Origin: an uncultured Candidatus Saccharibacteria bacterium
GTDB taxonomy: Bacteria > Patescibacteriota > JABMPQ01 > JAQVVF01
Assembly: GCA_964574655.1 (NCBI GenBank)
Contig: CAZNOH010000004.1
Span: 66,046-130,045, forward strand
DNA length: 64,000 nt
Direction of reading: 5' to 3'
The notes beneath the pieces were generated by a model, which was not told where the DNA came from, did no database searches, and worked only from the letters and a program-made list of their open reading frames with translations. Positions 54,548 through 61,752 of this stretch are shown in pieces. The first letter of the stretch is position 1, and the number at the start of each line of letters is the position of its first letter. The position numbers and the translations under genes were made by a program.

Positions 54548-57448
54548 TCATCGTTTAGCGTGTTCACAAATGTCACGATAATCACAAAATTTGCAGGCAA
54601 ATCCTGGAGTGGCAGTAAATTGTGACTCTTTTATTTTCAGAATTAGTTCTTGGACTTTTTGGATTATTTTTTCTTCTTTAATATCATTTTGCTTAGCTGT
54701 AAACTTTTTGTTCTGATCAATGAAATAAAGGCTAAGTTTTGAAGGCTTTAATTTTAAAACTTTTTGGCAAGCATAAGAATATAATAATAATTGCTCATTT
54801 TTTTCAACATCTTTTTCTCTTTTTGGCGGCTTGCCTGTTTTATAGTCAATAATTTCAATAGTGCCGTCTTCTAGCTTATCAATGCGATCAATTTTGCCCT
54901 TTAAGGAAACATCTTTTATCTTCAAGTTGAAACCCTTTTCTAAAAACAATGGAGCTTTGAAATTATTCTTATTAATTTTGTAAAATTCTTTTAAAGCTTT
55001 TTCACCTTCTTTTTTTCTTTCTAATTCATGTTTTTTTGAAAGATAATGATCGCCAATCCAAAAGCTTTGATAATAATTTAATAAATCCTGCCTTGATGGC
55101 ATTTTTCCTTTTTGCAAATCCTGATAAAAATTTTGCAAGGTTGCATGCATTGTTTTGCCATAACTAAAAGTATGCGAGCCTTGAGATGGAATTCGTAAGA
55201 TGTGAGCAAAGCGGTATTGATGAGGACAAGTTTCGAAAACTTTGAGTTGAGTATAGGAAAATTTTGTTGGAAGTTGGTATTTTATTTTTTTATTTTGGCT
55301 AACTAAAATTTCTGGTTCATTGATTTCTGCTTGAAGATTAGGTAACTCTGTCTGAATTTCTTTATCAGAAAAATGATCAGAATTCTTTTTTATTTCAATT
55401 AAAAATCTAGACATTTTCTTTTTTCTTTTGCCTCCATAATCATTTGCAGAAGTGAAAAATAATCTTTTCTTAGCTCTTGTCATAGCAACATAGAATAGCC
55501 TCCTTTCTTCTTGGATATTTGAATTAACGCTTGGCAGTTGTTCTTTAATTAATTTTTCTGGAAGTTCAATCAAGTCTCTCCTGTTTCTTGGCGGAAATTT
55601 TCCTTCAACTAAATTCACTATAAAAACATTATCAAATTCCAAGCCCTTGGAAGAATGAATCGTCATTATTTTGATTGAGTCTGGGCCTTCATCTAATTGC
55701 ACTGGCGATGGATTGTCGCCTGCTTCAATCATCAAATCTAGCTGATCAACAAACTCTTGAACTGATAATTTTTTGTTTTCCTGAGATTCTTGAATTTTCT
55801 TGAAGAATAAAGAAATATTTAAAATCTTTTTTTCTGATTCTAAATCCTTGCTCTCTTGAATATATTTAAGATAATTTGATGATTTCAAAAAATCTAACAA
55901 AACTTCAGCGGCATTTTTTTCTTGGCTTTGCTTGGAATGTTTTTTCACTAGCTCGCTAACGATTTTAAATTTGCTGATGCTTTCTTCACTCAAGCCAACA
56001 ATTCTATTTGGAGTCTGGCTTAATTCAAAGAGAGATAAATTTTTTTTCCTAGCATAATTTAAAAGCTTGATTATATCTTCTTGCAATAATTTGAAAATCG
56101 GTAAATTTAAGACGCGATAAAAATTGATGTCATCGTAAAAATTAGAAATAACTAGAAGATAAGAAATCAAATCCATTATTTCAGTCTGAGAATATAATCC
56201 CCTGGAAGCAATAAATTGATAAGGAATCTTTTTGCGAGATAATAAATTTATAAAAATTTCAGCTGAAGAATTAGCACGCACTAAAATTGCAAAATCTGAC
56301 CAATTTGATTTATCTTTTTGCTTTAACTTGATTATATTATTTATAACTTCAACTGCCTCTTGCTCGTAAGTTGCCTTGTGAATATGGGTAATTGCTAAAT
56401 CGCCTTTTGACTTAATTTGAGATTTTAGCTTTTTATTAATTTTATATTTTGCTTCTAGACGATCTGGATTATTTAGTTGAATTGAATTATATGCGAGATC
56501 TAAAATCGGCTGAACTGATCGATAATTCTCAGTCAAAACTATTTTTTTGCTTTTTGGAAAATCTTTTTGAAATTGCAAAATATTGCTGACAGAAGCGCCG
56601 CGGAATTTATAGATCGCCTGATCATCATCGCCGACAACTGTTAAATTTAATTGTGGCGATGCTAAAAGTTGGAGTAATTTATACTGGGCAAAATTAGTAT
56701 CTTGAAATTCATCAACTAAAATATATTGAAATTGTTTTTGATATTTTTTAAGTAGATGTTTTCTTTTCTTTAACAAACTTAAAGTCTGGATAATTAAATC
56801 ACCAAAATCCATTTGGCTCTCGCTAACCATAAGTTCTTGATATTTTTTGTAAGCTTTGGCGATTTCTGATATCTTATTAATTTCTTCCTTGTCCGCCGTA
56901 GCTCCAGCAGGAGCGGAGGCGGATTGATCTAAATCGTCATTTGGTTTTAATTTTTTAACAAACTTTAAATATTCATCTGGCAAAATATTTTCATCTTTGG
57001 CGCGGGAAAAATGTTTAATTAATTCGGAAATAAAAGAATTAGGATTTCCTAATGGCCTGTAATATTTCAAATCAAAATCAAAAATTTTGGATTTGATAAA
57101 CATCCATTGCTCGGCTTGCGTTAATAATTTGTAATTCGGATCCAAGCCCATATCTAATGCATTGTCTTTTAAAATTCGATCACAAAAACTATGAAAAGTT
57201 TCAATCCATAAATCGGTGTAGCCATAAGGCATTAATTTATCCACTCGCTCCTCCATTTCAGAGGCTGCTTTTTCTGTAAAAGTTAAGGCTAAAATATTTT
57301 CTGGTTTGACCTTTTTTTTCAAAATTAAATAAGCCAATTTTTTAGTTATGGCTGTTGTTTTTCCTGTGCCAGCGCCAGCAACAATTAATAATGGGCCTTT
57401 CTGATGAGTGACGGCTTGGCGTTGTTGTAAATTAAGATCTTGTAGCAT
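54548..57448 (-). CDS. UvrD/PcrA-family helicase fused to a C-terminal PD-(D/E)XK Fe-S nuclease (AdnAB/AddAB-like)
   Basis: AGAGTGKT, VDEFQDTN, VGDDDQAIY, SKGLEF, EERRLFYVAMTRA; CP, GKIDRID, IIDYKTG, CxxC...C. Confidence 0.92.
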   Translation of the reverse strand: MLQDLNLQQRQAVTHQKGPLLIVAGAGTGKTTAITKKLAYLILKKKVKPENILALTFTEKAASEMEERVDKLMPYGYTDLWIETFHSFCDRILKDNALDMGLDPNYKLLTQAEQWMFIKSKIFDFDLKYYRPLGNPNSFISELIKHFSRAKDENILPDEYLKFVKKLKPNDDLDQSASAPAGATADKEEINKISEIAKAYKKYQELMVSESQMDFGDLIIQTLSLLKKRKHLLKKYQKQFQYILVDEFQDTNFAQYKLLQLLASPQLNLTVVGDDDQAIYKFRGASVSNILQFQKDFPKSKKIVLTENYRSVQPILDLAYNSIQLNNPDRLEAKYKINKKLKSQIKSKGDLAITHIHKATYEQEAVEVINNIIKLKQKDKSNWSDFAILVRANSSAEIFINLLSRKKIPYQFIASRGLYSQTEIMDLISYLLVISNFYDDINFYRVLNLPIFKLLQEDIIKLLNYARKKNLSLFELSQTPNRIVGLSEESISKFKIVSELVKKHSKQSQEKNAAEVLLDFLKSSNYLKYIQESKDLESEKKILNISLFFKKIQESQENKKLSVQEFVDQLDLMIEAGDNPSPVQLDEGPDSIKIMTIHSSKGLEFDNVFIVNLVEGKFPPRNRRDLIELPEKLIKEQLPSVNSNIQEERRLFYVAMTRAKKRLFFTSANDYGGKRKKKMSRFLIEIKKNSDHFSDKEIQTELPNLQAEINEPEILVSQNKKIKYQLPTKFSYTQLKVFETCPHQYRFAHILRIPSQGSHTFSYGKTMHATLQNFYQDLQKGKMPSRQDLLNYYQSFWIGDHYLSKKHELERKKEGEKALKEFYKINKNNFKAPLFLEKGFNLKIKDVSLKGKIDRIDKLEDGTIEIIDYKTGKPPKREKDVEKNEQLLLYSYACQKVLKLKPSKLSLYFIDQNKKFTAKQNDIKEEKIIQKVQELILKIKESQFTATPGFACKFCDYRDICEHAKR
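56888..56923 (+). repeat. Family A element inserted in-frame in the helicase gene (encodes SASAPAGATADK)
   Basis: cttg-tccgcc-gta-gctcc-agca-ggagc-gga-ggcgga, 36 nt. Confidence 0.85.
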
Positions 57449-58271
57449 TTTGTTGAACTTTCAATTTCTCTAATCTTTCTTTAAGTTTAAAAGGTAGCTG
57501 AATTTTTTCGTCATCTAGAAATTTAAGTCCTTTGTCAGAAACATGCGCTAGATTATTTAGCAATGTTGGTCTTGAAGTTTGTCTTTTTCCAATAAGCATT
57601 GCCGCGGCGTCTGAAAGTGAATCAACGCCTCTCAGCCAGAGTGGGCCTTTAAAATGAGATAAGTGTTGTGCTTGTGAATCTGAAATCGATGCAAGACCAT
57701 CTAAACAAATTGAAGAACTTGCTGATTGACCTAATTCTTGCGTAGCCTCGTCTGATATTTTCATTAAACCATTCAAAAGGATGCTTCCTTTAAATTTTCT
57801 TAATTCTTTTGCTGTTCCTGTAGAAATTTTTTTTACATTGTTTAAATCTATATGAACAAAGTTTTCTGGCTGAGGACCGGAAGGCTGCCTGTTTTCAAAA
57901 AGTGTGTTTAAAAGATCAACATATTTCTGAGCTACTGTTGGAATAATATATGTTAAATCAGATGTTTCGATACCGCCTTCCATTATTTTTTTCCAGAGTA
58001 CTAAATTATGTTTAAAATCCGGAATTTCCTTAATTTCTGCCAAAGTCATTTGCTCGCCACAAACATCAAATTTTAATTCGCCCAAATCTTTTTCTAAATC
58101 TAAAACTTGTTCGCCTGTTACATTTCTGTCTTGTTGTATTGCTTCTGCAAGTTGATTTGCTTTAGCAACAACACTTTCTAATTCTGGAGTTTGAGCAATT
58201 TCTAAACCATCAGAAGATTTTTCTGATGGTTCTTGGGTATCTTTTAATTCTATTTGTGGTTTTTCGGGCAT
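57432..58271 (-). CDS. Conserved N-terminal domain + LRR-like repeat protein (dispersed paralog 6)
   Basis: GLEIAQTPELE...AEAIQQD...VLDLEK.L...GEQMTLAEIKEIPD; LRR-like repeats. Confidence 0.8.
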   Translation of the reverse strand: MPEKPQIELKDTQEPSEKSSDGLEIAQTPELESVVAKANQLAEAIQQDRNVTGEQVLDLEKDLGELKFDVCGEQMTLAEIKEIPDFKHNLVLWKKIMEGGIETSDLTYIIPTVAQKYVDLLNTLFENRQPSGPQPENFVHIDLNNVKKISTGTAKELRKFKGSILLNGLMKISDEATQELGQSASSSICLDGLASISDSQAQHLSHFKGPLWLRGVDSLSDAAAMLIGKRQTSRPTLLNNLAHVSDKGLKFLDDEKIQLPFKLKERLEKLKVQQNATRS

Positions 58272-58286
58272 AATTTTTAATTTATT

Positions 58287-58379
58287 TTCTACCTGGCTTT
58301 AGCCAAGGGGTCGGTGAACTTTAGTTCACAAACGACGGGAGCTAAAGCTCTACAACCCCTCAGCTAAAGCTGGGTAGAA
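58287..58379. repeat. 93-bp palindromic element (family B1)
   Basis: ttctacctggctttagccaagggg...cccctcagctaaagctgggtagaa. Confidence 0.85.
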
Positions 58380-58390
58380 TTTATATATTT

Positions 58391-59602
58391 TTATTGATAT
58401 AGATTAATATTTTCTTGTCCGCTAACTGGAACAGCAACTTCTGGTTTTATTGGTAAAGCTTTTGCACTTACAACTAATTTTTCAGGCTGTGGGATTCTAC
58501 TATCAATTTCAATTAACTTGTCATGAAACTTGCCTAATCTTTTTTCACTATCATCAAATTTTTTATGGGCATTATTTAAATGATTTCCGAGAACATCAAA
58601 GTCGTCCTCAAACTTGCCAAAATCACCTTGTAGCCTTTGGATATAGTTCATCATATCTTTGGCTCCTTCTTCAATTTGCATGCCTTTCAGACCAAGTAAA
58701 ATTGCTTGAACGTAAATGTATAAAGAATTTGGCGAGACTGGAAAAACTTTTTTGGAAAAAGCAAAATTAACTAAATTATTTTCATCTTCGTCCTTAATGA
58801 TTGTCTCGTAATAAACATTTTCAGCTGGAATATACATTAATGCATAATCTATTGTGCCTTCGTCTGGCAAAATATATTTTTTGGCAATTGCTGTTATGTG
58901 TTTTTTGACATCGTCTTTAAACATTTTTTTGTACTGCTTTTTTTCTTGTTCGTTCTTGGCTAAATTAATCATTTTGTGAAAATTTTCCAATGGAAATTTG
59001 GCATCAATTGGAACAAGCATATTGTCTTTTAGCTTAATAACAGCATCGACCTTTTCACCTGATTTGAACATGTACTGTTCTTCAAAATGATTTTTGGAAA
59101 AAGTCTGCGATAATAAATCACCTAAAAATAATTCTCCCAAAGATCCGCGAAGTTTTGGAGCTTTCAAAATTTCCTGCAAACCTCTGATATCTTTGCCAAC
59201 TTCAAATATCTTTTTGTTTGATTCTTCCATCTGCGCTAATTTTGTTTGGACTGAGCTTACAACTTTGGCGGCGTTGTCTAAACGAGAACCAACTGTACCT
59301 TGTGATTTTTGGATCAATTCACTGTTTTCTTTTAAACGCTCGTTAAGCTGAGTAGTTTGAGAACTAATTTGAGCCAACATTGTTTTAGTAACTTGATTCA
59401 AATTTTCAGAAATAGATTTGTTGGTTTGATTTAAATTTTGAGATACATATTGATTTAAATTATCAATGCGCTCATGTAAAATTTTATCATTTTCTTTATT
59501 CTCTGGCTCTGATAACTTCTTATTAATTTTGATTAAACTAAAAGCTAAAAAGCCACAAGTTAAGACTAGAATTGATGTTAAGATTAGTAAAAACGTAAGC
59601 AT
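58391..59602 (-). CDS. rmuC: DNA recombination protein RmuC
   Basis: N-terminal TM, RG.LGE, IDAKFP, KYI, MYIPAE, VSP. Confidence 0.92.
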   Translation of the reverse strand: MLTFLLILTSILVLTCGFLAFSLIKINKKLSEPENKENDKILHERIDNLNQYVSQNLNQTNKSISENLNQVTKTMLAQISSQTTQLNERLKENSELIQKSQGTVGSRLDNAAKVVSSVQTKLAQMEESNKKIFEVGKDIRGLQEILKAPKLRGSLGELFLGDLLSQTFSKNHFEEQYMFKSGEKVDAVIKLKDNMLVPIDAKFPLENFHKMINLAKNEQEKKQYKKMFKDDVKKHITAIAKKYILPDEGTIDYALMYIPAENVYYETIIKDEDENNLVNFAFSKKVFPVSPNSLYIYVQAILLGLKGMQIEEGAKDMMNYIQRLQGDFGKFEDDFDVLGNHLNNAHKKFDDSEKRLGKFHDKLIEIDSRIPQPEKLVVSAKALPIKPEVAVPVSGQENINLYQ

Positions 59603-59725
59603 GAATGTAAGTTAATTTATTAGCATAGTTTATTTTAACAAATATTAACAACATTTAAAAGGTTGCTAGTTTATTAAATTTTACTTATAATATAAATATA
59701 GAAATAATTACTAATCGCTAAATAT

Positions 59726-59824
59726 ATGGAATTAACTGAAAAATTATTATTATTTTTAGCTTGCTTGTCAGTAGTTTTATTGATAGTTTTGATTTATGTA
59801 ATTAGACTTTGGATCAAATGTTAG
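59726..59824 (+). CDS. Putative small single-TM protein (32 aa)
   Basis: MELTEKLLLFLACLSVVLLIVLIYVIRLWIKC; TTGCTA-17-TATAAT upstream. Confidence 0.4.
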   Translation: MELTEKLLLFLACLSVVLLIVLIYVIRLWIKC

Positions 59825-59928
59825 CAGAAGCAAAAATCTTGAGAGTTTATTTAATTTTAGTGGCAATTTTGGCATTTATTTTTTATGCTGGTTTACCGTT
59901 GTTAAAATACTTTTTTGGACCGAAATAA
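59818..59928 (+). CDS. Putative small single-TM protein (36 aa)
   Basis: MLAEAKILRVYLILVAILAFIFYAGLPLLKYFFGPK; 7-nt overlap with the previous ORF. Confidence 0.4.
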   Translation: MLAEAKILRVYLILVAILAFIFYAGLPLLKYFFGPK

Positions 59929-60015
59929 AATTGGCATTTATTGATTTGTAGCAAACTCACTTAGCAAGTCTTGAACTTGCTTTTTTTATTGTTTAATATA
60001 TAATATACGTATTGT

Positions 60016-60089
60016 CGCGGGGTAGAGCAGCTTGGAAGCTCGTCAGGCTCATAACCTGAAGGTCGGCGGTTCAAATCCGCCCCCCGCAA
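60016..60089 (+). tRNA. Initiator tRNA-fMet (CAT)
   Basis: Cloverleaf, C1:A72 mismatch, tcagg-ctCATaa-cctga, TTCAAAT T-loop. Confidence 0.95.
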
Positions 60090-60144
60090 TATTAAATTTT
60101 AAATAATTAGTAATTAGATTTTGACAGAATCTTGCTAAGGGCTA

Positions 60145-60243
60145 GCCCCGAACCAAGTTTCTGCATTTTATATTTCTAGCTTTGATTAGTGATTATTTAA
60201 AATCAATGTTAATGGTTTGATCACCAGAAACTTGGTTCGGGGC
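60145..60243. repeat. MITE-like element with perfect 19-bp terminal IR (GCCCCGAACCAAGTTTCTG)
   Basis: 60145-60163 and 60225-60243; right end overlaps the tRNA 5' end by 3 nt. Confidence 0.85.
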
Positions 60244-60314
60244 AGGGTAGCTCAGTTGGTTAGAGCACCACACTCATAAAGTGGCGGTCGACGGTTCGAA
60301 TCCGTCCCCTGCTA
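60241..60314 (+). tRNA. tRNA with CAT anticodon, probably elongator tRNA-Met (Ile2 not excluded)
   Basis: ggcaggg/ccctgct acceptor stem, G2-C71/C3-G70, ctCATaa loop. Confidence 0.88.
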
Positions 60315-60370
60315 TTGATAAAATTTGTGTGCAAACCGTTGCTTTCTTCTAGAAATTAGATTTTAATTAT

Positions 60371-60443
60371 TAGTGAAATTTAATTATATCTCCCTGTCAC
60401 GGAGTTAATAATTTTCTAGGAAAATTATTAGCGGGTTCGAGTC
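60371..60443 (+). pseudogene. Degenerate tRNA-Asp copy with a hairpin in place of the variable loop
   Basis: tagtgaa, tctccctgtcacggag and gcgggttcgagtc identical to the downstream tRNA-Asp; taataattttc-tag-gaaaattatta insert; no acceptor stem. Confidence 0.7.
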
Positions 60444-60457
60444 TTAAAAAATATTTT

Positions 60458-60530
60458 GGGCCGGTAGTGAAGTGGAGTTCACGTCTCCCTGTCACGGAGA
60501 AGGTCGCGGGTTCGAGTCCCGTCCGGCCCG
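60458..60530 (+). tRNA. tRNA-Asp (GTC)
   Basis: gggccgg/ccggccc-G73, tctcc-ctGTCac-ggaga. Confidence 0.96.
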
Positions 60531-60641
60531 ATTAAAAAATTATTTTGAATAAAAAAACAGGTCATTGATCTGTTTTTTGTTGCTTTTATTTATGTTTGGG
60601 TTAATATATATAAAAGTTCTTTATATACAAGGAGGAGAGAA

Positions 60642-61055
60642 ATGAGCCAGGAAATTGAAAAACCGAAATTGATTTTGATTGCTGATAAAGAAGGATTGAC
60701 TCTGCCTGTTCAAAGAATCAAAGATCTTTTGGAAAAAGAGGAATACTTGGTGCATATCGAGACTGATGGATTCGAAGCCTTAATGTGGCTGGAAAGTAAT
60801 TTGCCAGATCTTGTTTTGATTGATCTTTCCTTGCCAAGATTAAATGGTTTTGATTTAATGAAGACGCTTCGTTATTTGTCTAGAAGCTACCATGAATATC
60901 GGAAAATTATTTTCGCCACAACCTATACAGCAAAAGACAGCAAAAGTTTAGCGCAGGCGATAAATGCTGGAGCAAGATTCTTGATTCCAAAGCCATGGCA
61001 AATTACTGATTTGCTGAACAAAATCAAGAAAGCATTGGCTGGCAGTAAAATGTAG
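60642..61055 (+). CDS. Single-domain response regulator (receiver)
   Basis: PDLVLIDLSLPRLNGF, KP motif; AAGGAGG SD. Confidence 0.9.
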   Translation: MSQEIEKPKLILIADKEGLTLPVQRIKDLLEKEEYLVHIETDGFEALMWLESNLPDLVLIDLSLPRLNGFDLMKTLRYLSRSYHEYRKIIFATTYTAKDSKSLAQAINAGARFLIPKPWQITDLLNKIKKALAGSKM

Positions 61056-61068
61056 ATCTTTGGAAAAC

Positions 61069-61095
61069 AAAATCTGCTATGATAGCAGATTTTTT
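61069..61095. terminator. Bidirectional intrinsic terminator
   Basis: aaatctgcta-tga-tagcagatttttt. Confidence 0.75.
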
Positions 61096-61104
61096 ATTTC
61101 TTAT

Positions 61105-61728
61105 TTATTGTTTTAAAGTAAGAATGGCCTTGTCTAGCCTGATCTCTACTTCTTGCCAATTGATATTATTCCAAAATGCTTCGACATATTTTGGACGTTC
61201 ATTTTTATAATCAAGATAATAAGCATGTTCCCAAACGTCCAGAACGAGAAGAATATGCATTGCTGGAATAATATTAACATTATGTTTTTCTATTTGCATA
61301 ATTAGTAATCTGCTAGTATAGCGATCAAATGCCAGTGCTGCCCAACCTGATCCTTCGCAATTGACTGCGCAATCGCTAAATTCTTTAACAAATCTTTCAT
61401 AACTTCCAAATTCTTTTTTAATTTCGTCGCCAATAATTTTTGTCGGCTCAGTTTGTGTTTGATCTTTTGGAGCTAAATTTTTCCAAAATAATGCGTGTAA
61501 TAATGCTCCAGCTGCTTGAAATGATAAATTTTTCGATACTGCTTTAATATCAATTTCGCTTCCCTCTTTGCGAGCTAATTCCAATTTATCTAAAACTTCA
61601 TTAGCTTTGTCAACATAAGCTTTGTGGTGTTTGTCATGATGAAGCTGTAATTGTTCTTCAGAAAGAAAAGGAGACAATGCTTTGTAATCATAAGGCAGGG
61701 CTTCCAGTTCGTACATTTTTTTGTCCAT
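61105..61728 (-). CDS. sod: Fe/Mn superoxide dismutase
   Basis: LPYDY.AL, HHDKHH.AYV, GSGW, DVWEHAYY. Confidence 0.96.
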   Translation of the reverse strand: MDKKMYELEALPYDYKALSPFLSEEQLQLHHDKHHKAYVDKANEVLDKLELARKEGSEIDIKAVSKNLSFQAAGALLHALFWKNLAPKDQTQTEPTKIIGDEIKKEFGSYERFVKEFSDCAVNCEGSGWAALAFDRYTSRLLIMQIEKHNVNIIPAMHILLVLDVWEHAYYLDYKNERPKYVEAFWNNINWQEVEIRLDKAILTLKQ

Positions 61729-61752
61729 AATTTTTGCTTTATTTACTAATAA

